The position numbers and the translations under genes are program-made. The notes beneath the pieces are model-generated. The model was not told the origin of the DNA, ran no database searches, and saw only the letters and a program-made list of their open reading frames with translations. A stretch of DNA of 64,000 nt. It comes from Nemertoderma westbladi. Its lineage: Eukaryota > Animalia > Xenacoelomorpha. Numbering within the stretch: position 1 is the first letter of the stretch; each line of letters begins with the position of its first letter. Location of the stretch: positions 1 to 64,000 of the forward strand of contig JAUCBJ010006803.1 in assembly GCA_032718475.1 (NCBI GenBank). Reading direction: 5' to 3'. Shown here in pieces: positions 1 through 12,419 of this stretch.

Positions 1-148
1 AAAGAATCATGATTAAGTACTCGGCCTTTTTGTAAGTTAATCACAATAACCAAGCTGGCTCATTAGTCTGGCTTATTACATTGCTGCCTTTGAGTAGAGG
101 TGAGGAGTAGTGGTTGGACTGGTTCCCCTTCCAAGCTAAGCTAGGCAT

Positions 149-1810
149 CAGGGCCCGTATGGTGATCATAATATCTTGGGGGGCAGAAGCCAAATCTGGG
201 GGGGCAAACCCATAACTGGGATTTGGGGAGCATACAACAAAGTAAGAGTTAAATTAGTACATAAATATAATCAATATTGTTGAAAGGTGTGTGGGGCGAG
301 CCACGAAATTGGCGGGGCCTTGCCGAACTGACACTGTTAAGTTAAGTATCTCAATAATGGCAAATAGTTGTTGACGTAATGATTTCATTAACGTAACATT
401 CGTCACATTTAAAGCTGTCGAATTGAAAATTTGTACTCATAAATATGTCCAAAACTTGACATTATATAGCAACTTTTGACATCAACAGTTCAACAGTCTC
501 CTGCTAGATGGCTACATGTCTAAGCATTAAATGTCCTCCCATTTCTTTGATTTTAAACCGTTTAAGCGGAAACTTGGCAGAATTGTACTAGACCATTAGC
601 TATGTCATTTGGCATTTGGGGGCGTTTATAAAGTATGTCACGCAAATTTTCTAGTTTTTTGACCCCCCACCCCCTCTGTCACTCTGTCACAAAGTGTCAC
701 GCAAGCTCGACCCACCCCCCCCCCCTCCCCCTCTGTCACAAAATTTTTTTTTCGTAAATCTATACCCTACCCCCCAGACGAAAAAAAATATTTTATTTCA
801 ATAATTTAATAACAGTTAGAAAGCACAATAGAAAGTGAAACATTTCTACTGAAGTAGTTCTTACTAAAAGCCTATACATACTTTAGCAGCTTCAAACTAC
901 AATACTGTACATGTACAAGGCAGATTAGAGAGGGGTGCCCTGTTAATGTTAGGGATTAAATTCAATGTTATTGAGTTTATTGTTTTTTCCTTAGAGTTTC
1001 CCACTCATCTACAAATGTGTTGGTCAAAGTCAAGCTAACATTAAAGCATACCGTAGAACATCGCCGTGACCGTCACAAAAGTCACCCCCCCCCCCCCCCC
1101 CCCCCCTATGTCACAAAATGTCACGCAAGCTCGACCACCCCCCCCCCCCCCCCCGGATTGCGTGACCTACTTTATGAACGCCCCCTTTAAACTTTTTCTG
1201 GAGGTCTTAAAAATCGACGGCAGTTTTCAAGCCTGCCTCTAGGCTGGTGTAAAGTGATCAAGGGCATCTGCTTAGATTTTGCTTATATTTCTTTCAAGTT
1301 GACACTTACATAAGTTTATATCACGTGCTGCGCGAAGGACCCACTTGAGGTATAATATGGTTAAGGTTAAGTTACACCAAATTATAGATATGGATACCAC
1401 CGCAAGTAACCCTCACCGCCTATCCTTTTAGCTGCAAGCTGGCTCCCAAATTACAGACAAATAGACAATGGGTCAACAACAAACAACCCCTGGTAGCCAA
1501 TGAGAGACCTGGAGCTTTCCGGTATTTTTAGTAATAATTACAGGTAGGTACAGTAGCTTAATGTCATATAGTATTATATAATTGGACCAAAATGGGATGG
1601 TGGGGAGTCAGGTCAGTGTGTAGAAGTGTGTATCCCTTAGTATATCAATGTGTATCCAATAATATTGATCACTGGGGTCAACACTATTATTATTAATTAA
1701 TTGTGAACAAGACGAGTGAACAAGACATCTCTGGGGGGGTCAGTGGGACTTGTCTGGGGGGGCAGTGCCCCCAAGCCCCCCCCCCCCCCCCCCCGCACGA
1801 TACGGGCCTG
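149..1810. mobile_element. Non-autonomous hAT-type TIR element (MITE)
   Basis: Ends CAGGGCCCGTATGGTG / CACGATACGGGCCTG are imperfect inverted repeats flanked by the 8-bp direct repeat CTAGGCAT (141-148, 1811-1818). No ORF. Confidence 0.8.
618..1185. mobile_element. PIF/Harbinger-like MITE nested in the hAT MITE
   Basis: TIRs GGGGGCGTTTATAAAGTATGTCACGC / GCGTGACCTACTTTATGAACGCCCCC, with TTT on both flanks (3-bp TSD). Internal poly-C tracts and TGTCAC repeats. Confidence 0.7.
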
Positions 1811-1876
1811 CTAGGCATGCTTGCTATTGCAAGCATGCCAACGAAGGAGGGAGCTAGAGCTGGAGACGGGACATTT

Positions 1877-2193
1877 TAATCAGTTAATTACGATTATATC
1901 ATTTAAAAACACATTTCTTAAAGCAAATCTCTTGAACTAATTAAACAGTATAATGGAATGGGGTATTGGGAATACAGTTGTATAATTTTTAAGTATAATT
2001 ATTTAAATCTTATACTATAAAATAATTTATATCCGTTAATAGGCAGGTTGAAAATTCTGTTTTTACCCTAATCAACTTAATGAACTAATTAACTACTATT
2101 ATCTTAGCTTCTCGAAGGCCACACGGAAATCCAACTTTGAAAATTTCTAAACCCTTATGCTAAGCTCGCTTACTTTCGTGGCTCGCCCCACAG
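1877..2193 (-). repeat. Dispersed repeat, inverted copy of 63071-63495 (Helentron/HINE-like family)
   Basis: Reverse-complement similarity to 63071-63495 by eye. The terminal motif GTGGGGCGAGCCACGAA recurs near 291, 2473, 6790 (rev), 47515 and 63071. Confidence 0.6.
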
Positions 2194-2469
2194 TGCAATA
2201 ACAATAACTACCGGTACATCGTGCTTGGCTTCGGATTAAATAATTATTGTTAACGATAAAAAGGCATCAATCATTCAAATTCATTTATTATTCATAATAT
2301 TGAACCTTCGAGCTCGAGCCATCAGCAAAAATTTCGGGTTAATACAATCAATATTATGATTGAAATTGAGCTAAATTTCATAATAAAACTTTTTTGCTAG
2401 TAATGAACCTGCATGTATATAGGCGGGGTGAGTATTTTGTCAAAAATTTTGGTGTAGGGGCCTCCTATA

Positions 2470-4070
2470 ACTGTGGGGCAACCCACGAAGTTGGTGGAGC
2501 CAGCGAACAGATTCGTCGAATTTAACGCTGTCGAGTTAAAAAGATGTAGGCATCAATAACACCAAAAGTTGAGATGTTTTAGATACTTTCAGAAACCATC
2601 AGTTCAACAGTCTCGCGCTAGAGGGCTACATGACGAAGCATTAAATGTCCTCCCTTTTCTTTTCTTTTAATCCGTTTAACCTGAAACTTGGCAGATCTTA
2701 ACTAGAAAACATACTGTCTTTGTGGTGTCGGTAATCGGTCAGCAGTTCTCCAGTCTGTCGATTGAGGGTGAAATGTATGAAAGTTATAACCTTCATTTCC
2801 TTGATCTTAATCCGTTTAAGCTGAATTTGGAATTGTACCAAACCACATGTTGTAATTGAAAACACAAGCAATTTATATGAATATACAATTTAATATTTAA
2901 ACAATGTATAATAATAATATTAAAGAAATTAATTATACTAACTAAATAAACAAGAAACAATATGAAACAATCTTGACTTACAATTCATCACACAACCACC
3001 ACTTTTTCCAATCCTCTCTGCCTCTCCTCTATTCTCTCTCCCTCACTACTCACTTTCTCTCACACAGCTGATTACCTTAGATTATACACTATTATTGAGA
3101 ATATTAAATAATCACAATGTTGTCTTTTGAGGAAGGCGATTCATCTGCAGTTATCCAGTCTGCCGGCTGCCGCTAGAGGGCGAAATGTCTAAAAGTGAAA
3201 ACCTTCCTTAATTTTGTTAACATTAACATTTCCTTAATTTTAATTCGTTTAAGCTGAATCTTGGCATAATGCACTACAAACATGAGTGCAGTGGGGCCTT
3301 AGTGCAGCAAAAGTAGTCCTGCAGTTCTCTGGACTGCCCCTAGTGGGCAAAATGTCTGAAAGTGAAAACCTCCCATTTCGTTGTTCATACTCTTGGAAGC
3401 TTAGCTTATACTATAGTGGACTTTAGCTTCCTTATACTATAGTGGACTTTAGCTTCCTTATACTATAGTGGACTTTAGCTTCCTTATACTATAGTGGACT
3501 TTAGCTTCCTTATATTATAGTGGACTTTAGCTTCCTTATACTATAGTGGACTTTAGCTTCCTTATACTAGCTCAGTGGACTTTAGCTTCCTTATACTATA
3601 GTGGACTTTAGCTTCCTTATACTAGCTCAGTGGACTTTAGCTTCCTTAAACTATAGTGGACTTTAGCTTCCTTATACTAGCTCAGTGGACTTTAGCTTCC
3701 TTATACTATAGTGGACTTTAGCTTCCTTATACTATAGTGGACTTTAGCTTCCTTATACTAGCTCAGTGGACTTTAGCTTCCTTATACTAGCTCAGTGGAC
3801 TTTAGCTTCCTTATACTAGCTCACAGATTGCGTGTGGGGAGGCTGATCGGTCAGCAGTCTGCCGCCATGGGGCGAAATGTTTGAAAGTAAAACCTTCTCT
3901 CATTTCGTTATTTTTTATGCGTTCAAGCTTAAACTTGGCAAATATAAGCACTAGACCACCTAGAGACTAGGTCTTTTTGGGGAGGGTAATCCATCTAGAG
4001 TTCTCCAGTCTACCGCTAGAGGGCGAAATTTCGCAAATGCCAATCTTCTCCCATTTCGTATGTTATTTAT
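2470..4070 (+). repeat. Degenerate tandem ~130-140 bp units of a repeat family
   Basis: Recurring CCGCTAGAGGGCGAAATGT...AAAACCTTC...TTTAAGCTGAAACTTGGCA blocks, also at ~480-610. Confidence 0.55.
3405..3823 (+). repeat. 26-29 bp minisatellite, about 15 copies
   Basis: Unit CTTATACTATAGTGGACTTTAGCTTC with variant CTTATACTAGCTCAGTGGACTTTAGCTTC. No unique spacers. Confidence 0.95.
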
Positions 4071-5649
4071 AATAATTTCGACCGCGCACATATTTTCTAA
4101 ATCTGAAGGAGAAATCTGCTCATATTTCTTTGGAGCAACACTTAAACAAACCCACGTTTACTCCACGTACTGTACGCCCCACTTCGCGTATCGTGTACCA
4201 GTTTCGAGACTTTGTATAGTTATAAACGTCGTCAGGATGCGTTTAGCATAAATATTTTAAAGACAGGACGAGCGCAACGAGGTTAATAATGAAAACATGT
4301 ACTACGTTTATAAACCAACTCTAGTTTAGCATACATACACATCGAACGTTGTCTCATTTTGTTCAGTACCAGTTGTAGTGGAATAGTGTTTTAAGCTTTA
4401 TTAGGTTACCAGATTACATCTCGAACGCAACGAGGGTTGCGACATTTCTTGCAATCAAAAATAATTAATCTAATAAATAAATATTATGCCATACTATACA
4501 TTTTATATTTATTAACAATAAAATACGAATGTTGTTAGTTATTTACACTAACGGAATATCAGTGTATTGTATTATATTATATCCGCAACCAGTGTACGAC
4601 TAAATATATATGCACCAAAAATAGAGATAATAATATGCTAGCAAGTTTCTTTTGACGCAAAATAATTCCCTTTGACTCTTTAATCTTTTCAAATAAATAA
4701 CTTTGGCCCCAAATAATACCGCTATAATAGTAGTACCTTCTCCAATAAATTAAATAAGTACAGTTATATCCAACGTATGGCTTACTAATTAACATGAATT
4801 GTGCACTGGAGAACATAACTGTTATAAAAAACACGGTAGTCTTTAAAATAAAAGCCTTATAGAATAAGTGCTATAAATAAAAACAGCGCAATACGCAAAC
4901 CAGAGATTCACTCAAATGCAAGTTTAATTTTTCGATGGAAAAATAAAAGCACCTGCTTCAATATAATGTCGATAAATAGCGAGACACCGCCAAACTAAGC
5001 CGAATCATACAATAATAAATAGTAAAATAATTAAATCATTATTTGGTGGGATTTTAAGACAAACGTATTTGGTGAAACTGAATATTTATGGCGAGTCATT
5101 GAAGAAAAAGTATTTTAATTTTTCGAAATACGGTACGTAGGTATTTAATTATATAGGTAATTTCATAAAATGTTTCACAAATAGTTTCCCTGTTTTATCG
5201 CCCATTTCGATAAAATAATATCGAGTCATTTATTTCGGAAATAATAAAAATATTTTCGAAATTAAATCGACATTGAATGTGAGAATATTTATTTTTAAGG
5301 GTGGTGTTCAGCTTTTCTTCAAGAAAATGACGTCAGTTATATTTCATGTGACCATAGCACTTTGTACCGGTAGCACAAGACTTTATTTTTCAGATTATGT
5401 TATGAGAATAAAATAAAAGAAGATCCTGAATTATATAGTCCAGTGAACTTTAATGTTGAATAACGTGTTTGACTACATTTTTGTATTTGCTCCAAACTAG
5501 GCATTAGGCTATACTATGTTTCAAAACAAATTCTTTATTATTTCTGACAACTTCAGTCAGTAGTATTTAGACTGATGTACTGCGCCAATAAACGAAATAA
5601 ACACAGCGTTCCTATAGCAGTATAGGAACGAGACCCGATAAATAAACAG

Positions 5650-6348
5650 CTAGTCGTTCAAAGAAGAAAATACATGTTTAACGATGTAACCAAAAACGAT
5701 TGCGCCGATGATAACGAGGCAGTTGGCTGCGGCCCCGTAGTAGGAACCTTGACCCCGTCTGCTGTCCGTCGGGGCCCCGGACACTAAGGGGTCTGCGCAG
5801 TTCGATGTCTGCAACTCCAGACAACGCCGACCCTGTATGGCAACCATCTCCGCGTGAATCTCCTGAAACAGTTCGGGAATTACATTATCTTTTAGGTTGA
5901 ACTCGACTGACTGGTAGGAAAGCTGTCGCTTAGTTGAGTCTCCAGTCTCCACGCTGCCCAGAGTCGGAGCAGTCTCCAGCATGAAGCTGAGCAACCCCGT
6001 CAGTATGGTAGAGACACTCCACGCGGGGTTCCACGAGTCTGGATGAAAGTCGCTTATAGATAAACACAACCTCGTGTTGACCTTGAACCGTCCGTTCGGT
6101 GTGGTCATGTATATAGCGGGAGGTTTAAACGGGAATTCTTGGGGGAACACTAGTTTCCCGTGGTAGAATCCGCCTTCGTAAAGGGATTTCTCAGGGCCCT
6201 TTACGATGTAGTGCCATTCTAGTAAGTTGGATGGAAGAGGAGCAGCTGTTATGTAAGGGACGGGGTCTTTGACAATACGAATATAATCTTGTTTTAGTCG
6301 AGCAGCGGCCGTCGAATTTATACGTTTTTTAGGAGGATTTGATGTCAT
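5650..6348 (-). CDS. UBE2J2: Ubiquitin-conjugating enzyme E2 J2 (Ubc6-like), intronless
   Basis: RLKQDY..I.KDPVPYI, FPFKPPAIYMTTPNGRF, RLCLSISDFHPDSWNPAWSVSTIL with catalytic Cys, and a C-terminal TM anchor. First ATG (MTSNPPKK) at 6348. Confidence 0.93.
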   Translation of the reverse strand: MTSNPPKKRINSTAAARLKQDYIRIVKDPVPYITAAPLPSNLLEWHYIVKGPEKSLYEGGFYHGKLVFPQEFPFKPPAIYMTTPNGRFKVNTRLCLSISDFHPDSWNPAWSVSTILTGLLSFMLETAPTLGSVETGDSTKRQLSYQSVEFNLKDNVIPELFQEIHAEMVAIQGRRCLELQTSNCADPLVSGAPTDSRRGQGSYYGAAANCLVIIGAIVFGYIVKHVFSSLND

Positions 6349-8216
6349 TTTAGAAATAGAAACCAGGTAACATACGATCTCTGATACCGGTATAGAGAAT
6401 GAAGAAGCAGTACCGGTATAACAGTACAGTATGAGTAGGCCTAATCCAGGTGTCGGATGTAGTGTATGACAGTACACAGTTAGTCAGTACTGCTGCACTG
6501 CAAAACAGCAGTATGAGTAAGAGTTAGGCCTACAGTAGGCCCACTATTACTGCAATGTACCGTACCAGTTACTAGTGAAAACAACAGTAAAGCAATACCG
6601 ATGGCGACAATATAAGCAACAATGCAGTGCCCCCAGTGACTACTGTACGACTGTATCTTACGGCGTCCCTGGACCGCTGACGATCTGTGTCAAGGACTTC
6701 TAGAACATAGTATTTATTCAGGATGTCAACGATGACAAATATTGACTCAAATGCACACCCCTAACAGTGTCAGTTCGCTAAAGGTTCCAACAACTTCGTG
6801 ACTCGCCCCATAGAGTGCAGTTAGACTTGCAGATTTAGTTTTTATTGTACACTAACAGTTAGTTTAGTTAGATTATTTATTAGCTCTTCCATAAAACAGT
6901 AATATAGTATTGCATAAACCTATAAGGAAATAACAGTAGTGGGATATATGCCGCCAAATCGCAGGCGAGTAAAGCGCGGGAGCCCCCTAGCTGCCTAGTC
7001 ATAAAATATGGAGATTACTGTATGATGGATGAACATTATGAGTGAAATTATGGATGAAATATGAAGATATTACTGCATACAACCCAACACCATAATACGG
7101 ACACGGGGACACGGAAAGATACAGTAGTACAGTATGTTCTAGAATAAATTAAATCAATCAGCAGTAAATCGGTCAAAGGTAATTTTTAGTAATTGGTTTA
7201 TCCAGCTCGAAAAGAAGAATCCTTAGTTTTTTAAAAGGTGTCGTGTTTTTATTTGAGTTAAATTTTATGGTAAATTTGTTCCACAGCTGAGCTCCGCGCA
7301 CCGCTACACAATGATTGATAGAAGAAGTTTGCCCAGCCTAGGCCTACATTATTCTTACAATAGACTCATTTACTGTATTTGGCCCCAGCCTGCCAGCCTA
7401 CATTATTCTTACAATAGACTCATACTTTACTGTATTTGGCATTAACTTTTCAGTCGCACTATATTATTAGAATCAAACTTACAGTATGTTATAGTTCTTT
7501 GATATCATTCCAGACGTCACATATCGCGATGTTGCCCGCAATCAGAGTATCGCACTCAACCATGACATGGTAAATTAACAAATCTAAGTGGGTTTTGTAC
7601 AGATGTAATATACCACGGTCGAAATAGACGCTATGTCATCTTCATCTACGACTATTGGAGGCTCTGTGAAAAACCATCCATGGCCGTACAGATGCGAAGC
7701 CCAAACAGATGAGGTTTCATTGTATTCTCTTACCGTACTAACTCAGTCTTATCAGTGTCAATCTCATTGAACAATCTGTCTATCATATTTATATCCATGT
7801 GAACCTGATCGAGTTCATTGTACCACCTGCTAAAACTGGCTATTAAAAAAATACTAATACTACTAATATTGTTACTATAATTATAATAACAATAAACTGT
7901 ATGCAAACTGTATGCTTTATTTTTTTTTTAGGCCTACCTACTACAGTATTAATGAATATCAGGTCAGTAAACAAATCAACACTGCATGCGAGCTTCGCAT
8001 CCTGAATAAATAATACTACAGGTACTGTATGTCCTAGATTTTATAGTCCTGATATTTTATTAGTACAGTCCATAGAGTGCAGTCAATTTTTGGATTTTTG
8101 GCTTTTACCCTAGTAGTAGTTACATTCTGCATTTACCGGTAGACCTAAGCAGATTTCAGATTTGTGTTCGTTTGTACTGCAGTACTGTTAGATGCAGTGT
8201 AATCCAGCAATCTGCC

Positions 8217-9455
8217 ATGTTTAAGCTTACAAACAGTGTGGTTCCGTTGAGGGAATCCGGAGTTCGCCTATTTCGGAATCCGTACAGCTCGCGAAGGATA
8301 CAGTTCGGCTTGCGGAATGTTAGTAACGCAAATCGTGATGCCTTAATCAAAACCTCAGAACTGATGATAAAGTTAGGGTGGAATAAAAAATCTATCGAAG
8401 GTTTAGTTAAAGGAGTAAGTAAAGAGAAGGGAAAGTCTGGAGGAAGAAATAAACTGGAGGGTCTTTTGGGTTCCTACGAACGATGGTTAAAAAATAGATT
8501 CCCGAAAGCCTACGTGTACCACATGGCGTTTAAGGATGGGTTGAATAATTTGTACTCAGATACGAAGCATTGGATCTACCTGGTACCCAAACAGGACTTA
8601 CACAATCTCCAACCATGGGATTTACGAAGTCTAGAGATAGGCATGAATTTCCCTCGGGCGTTGATTATATCGCTTCCCGTGGTTATAGTCGGGGCTATTC
8701 TACCCGAGGCCCTCATCCTAGCCGCCCCATTATTCTACTACGCGCCCCATCACTCTTTGGATCAACGGTTTCAGCTGTTTTATCTGAAGGAAGAAGCCGC
8801 CAAGACCATCTCGGTTATAACCAAGGAGGCCGGGGATTCTATTTTAGATTGTCATCTACGCACGTTGACCTCCCATCCTGGGTTACCTCTGGAGGATAGA
8901 GCCTCGTTCCGAGAGCTTCTAACTCTGTTAGATAACCCAACACGCACCCCAACCAACGGACAACATCTAGCTGGGTTGCTAACGGATTTATTCTCCAGCC
9001 ACCGGGATAAGATACCCCGACTTTACTGGACGGCTTTAGCGCGTTCTCAGTTCCAGTCTCGGTTCCTACCCGTCTGGCTGATTCGCTCCCGTCTGCAGAA
9101 ACGCGCCACTATCCTCAGCGCTATGGACTCAGTTATACGTAGCGAGGGAGTTCATTCTCTGAGCTGCGATTCGCTAACTACTCAGTGTTTGTATCGTGGG
9201 TTGCCAAGCAGCCTCTCGCAGACAGCAATGCGTCACCAACTGGATATCTGGTTATCGGTCTCTCGATCTGTAGGTCCTGTCGTTTTCTCCGATTTCGCAC
9301 AAATATTAACTTATCTCCATCTGCTACTCGCGGCCTCTCGATATTTCGGTAATCATCAACCCGACCGCTGGAATTCCCACCAGTTTATAGCCAAGGAACG
9401 GAAAGATAAACTCGTGAGAACCAAAACTAAGTATATTTCCCGATTAATCAATTAG
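8217..9455 (+). CDS. LETMD1: LETM1-domain mitochondrial protein (LETMD1-like), intronless
   Basis: gccATG start, Arg-rich presequence-like N-terminus, Pro-containing TM segment, and LETM1-type motif D.VIRSEGVHSL....L...C..RGL. Confidence 0.72.
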   Translation: MFKLTNSVVPLRESGVRLFRNPYSSRRIQFGLRNVSNANRDALIKTSELMIKLGWNKKSIEGLVKGVSKEKGKSGGRNKLEGLLGSYERWLKNRFPKAYVYHMAFKDGLNNLYSDTKHWIYLVPKQDLHNLQPWDLRSLEIGMNFPRALIISLPVVIVGAILPEALILAAPLFYYAPHHSLDQRFQLFYLKEEAAKTISVITKEAGDSILDCHLRTLTSHPGLPLEDRASFRELLTLLDNPTRTPTNGQHLAGLLTDLFSSHRDKIPRLYWTALARSQFQSRFLPVWLIRSRLQKRATILSAMDSVIRSEGVHSLSCDSLTTQCLYRGLPSSLSQTAMRHQLDIWLSVSRSVGPVVFSDFAQILTYLHLLLAASRYFGNHQPDRWNSHQFIAKERKDKLVRTKTKYISRLIN

Positions 9456-10050
9456 CTCGATTATTTAATAAACTGTATCCGCAAATAGATGTAATTAAAT
9501 TAATGTAATTTAGTAGGTCATGGGGGGAATCTACATATTTTAGTGAAAAAAACATTAAATTTAGTGGAAAATCAATTATTTTATTGACCAATAAAATTAA
9601 TGCGTTAAATAAATAACGTCTGAAATAATTGAGATACCATACAGTAGGGCCCGATGATATGTTTTTGAATTCATCACAAATCATTATCCGTTTTAATCAG
9701 TGACAAGTAAATGTCCTTCCCATGCTAAATCAATTTTATCCTATTTATCCGCGTTTAATAATAACACACCCCGCCACTCGAGTCAAGGTACCATGTTAAT
9801 TACGGAAAGTTTCATTCATGAAAGAAAACATTTTTTTTTGCTAAGTCGTGCGAATGACTTAGTAACCCGTGCGAAGGTCTTTCGCACCTATACAAAGTGG
9901 AACAAATGTGATGAAAATTCGCCACATTCCCAAGTATTTCACAGATCCAGTTAGGTAATACAGTATATATTCTATTATTAGAAAACCGTTAGGACTTCTT
10001 ACTGTAAAAGTATTCACTATCTATCTATCTATGTATACTACCTATGTATA

Positions 10051-10631
10051 CTATCTACGTACTACCCCGGACTGTTTCGGTTCCCATACATAATTTGATA
10101 ACATCGGAAGTACTTTACTTCTCATGTATTTTTTGAATGTTGCTGGTAGTTTTTTCGATAACAAAGTGTCAGAACGTTCATGAAAGGTTATATCATCCTG
10201 AGAATCAAGCATCCCGTCTGTATCAAATATCAATTTAATAATCTCTATGCGAGCGATTTTATCAACACCGCAATCTATCAGATGTTTCGTTACATTTTTC
10301 CTTACATGCAACACGCATATTAGTGTATGGGAGTTAGGAAATGCAATACGGATTGCTTTCCTTAAAGCTGCTTCTTCATCTGAACCAAGACACAGTTTTT
10401 CTAAAGGTTCACCATCTAGTCGGGCGCGTAAATTACATAGGAAAATATAAAATACTAAAAAATCTGATTTTCCATGGATAAATATGGGTCCAATAAATAT
10501 GGGATGATCACCCGTGTCATTGCATACCACTGATAAATTCTTGTTAACACTAGATGTTACTAGGACACGACCAAGATTAAAGGTCTTATCAAAAGATAAT
10601 ACACATGATCCGGCACAGCAGAATCGTTTAA
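10051..10631 (-). pseudogene. MULE/Mutator-family DDE transposase, C-terminal fragment
   Basis: FDKTFNLG, GSDEEAALRKAI..AFP and ICVLHVRKNV (CxxH) motifs. Joins 19020+ in frame when the Helitron is removed. Confidence 0.85.
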
Positions 10632-10777
10632 TCCTACTAATATAATAGCTCAAAAGTACTGCGACGACTACTACTACTACTACTACTCCTAAGTTGGTAA
10701 TATCTCACTGTTATTTCTAATTCACAATGCTAATCAAAGGTCAAGCACATTATTATGATTGTTGAGTTGGAAATCAA

Positions 10778-11592
10778 TTGTGGCGGTGAAAGCGAAAAGG
10801 TACCTTAAGGTGAAAATGACGTTTTGAGAAAATCGTATTTAAAGAAAAATTCAATTTTCAAGTCAAAATTTTCAATTTTTTTATTTTCAATGTGATATAT
10901 GCAGTTTTTAATGAGGAATCCAAATCTGTTAACGGTATGTTAACAGCAAGCTTAGTTTTGGAGATAGTCAGCTTTGATTGAGGGTAGTCAGAAGTTTTGA
11001 AATTTAAATTTCATTCCCGATAGATATTATGTTGTTCTATGTAGATTTACTCTTATAAATTAATTTATATGCCTTATTATTCCAATAGAAAACTATCTTC
11101 CAGTTATTTTCAATATGTTTGCTTGTCAATCGGTCTCTTAGTTGTTCACGTGCTGCTCGGAGTCCCAGACTTGATAAAAACCCAGCATAGTTGTTCACGT
11201 GCTGCTCGAAGTCCTGGCTAGAAAAAAAGGCCGCATAGTTGTTCATTAGTTTGCTAATGCACATTCCTGTTACACATTTTGCCCCTCAAGCCTTAACATC
11301 ACAACACAACCCCCGCCTCACTCCAATTTAGCAAACTCACTTTCAAGATATTTTGTAAGTAATCCCTACGACTATTAAAATACAACAAAAACTTTAACGC
11401 GATTTACTCATAGTAGTATATTTTCCATCTGGTTGTCTTGCCAATACTTAAATTCTAATAACTCTTGATGTACTCATCCAATCAGGATGATTTATAGCTC
11501 ATTAGAGAGCTGAGATGTTGGCCAATCACATGCAATATCTAACTCAAAAACCTCATTTTCACCTTAAGGTACCTTTTCGCTTTCAGCCACAA
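10778..11592. mobile_element. Foldback/MITE-like insert with ~50-bp inverted ends inside the Helitron
   Basis: TTGTGGC..TGAAAGCGAAAAGGTACCTTAAGGTGAAAATGA at 10778-10828 and its reverse complement at ~11543-11592. No clear TSD. Confidence 0.6.
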
Positions 11593-12419
11593 GGACATTT
11601 CAGTAACAAGAGTTGTTTCCATAATCACCAGCTGTTAATAAACGGATTATTACCATTCATTGAAGGATAACAATGCCAATCAAAGGTCAACCACAATTTC
11701 TCAAACCAACTGCTTATTAGTTTTGTTTCCAATCCCCAGTAAATGAATTGCATTGCATCAAGTATCATCAGTAAGAATAGGTAGGTCACTGTAAACAAAA
11801 TTTGTACTGTATATTTGTCGCAACAGAACAAGTACGAAATTCTGTATAAATTATGATTTTTTGAGAAGCCGTTCTGAAATACAATTTATTTTTACTTTAT
11901 AATAAAACGGAAGCTGAAACTTTTAGCATTGGATTTATCTCCCGAACACGCAAATCTCCTTCACGGATAACAGGATTATGAACCGTGATCAAGGTAAGAT
12001 ATTGAATGTATATTACATAATATTAAATTTTTTGAATCGTTACACAGTAGGTCTATTATTATTTTTATGTATCGTTATCCAGAGTACGGTATTACCATAG
12101 ATAGGCAAAATAATTTTTTGTTCTTTTTCATGCTTGCTCCATCAGAGGCATTATTTGATCCATTAAAATAGTTTACGAAATTAAACAATTAATTCTAGAT
12201 ACAACCCTAATAATATTTTGATGCAGATAGAGTGAGAAGGTGCAGTAGGTGCGGCAGTCACACTAAAGGACACCCATTGCCGCTTGGAGAGAAGTGTGTT
12301 CAGATGGTAAACAAATCGGAATTGGATAAGCGGCGGGTAAATAATGGTGATGCAAGGAAACGGTATCAAACTGCTGACAGACAAAGAAAAAAACAGAGTG
12401 ATGCAGTTACTGCTAGAAA

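Noticed and set aside
3405-3823. CRISPR-like or telomeric repeat
   Set aside because: Head-to-tail 26-29 bp minisatellite without spacers, and not a telomere motif.
4060-4834. Short ORFs at 4060-4251 and 4577-4834
   Set aside because: AT-rich, no recognisable motifs, and consistent with chance.
6349-6477. 43-aa N-terminal extension of UBE2J2 in the ORF track
   Set aside because: Non-ATG start, with no similarity to the family before MTSNPPKK.
9971-10060. Second Helitron 5' end (TCTATTATTAGAAAAC plus CTAT microsatellite)
   Set aside because: Suggestive only, and no matching 3' end or empty site could be shown.
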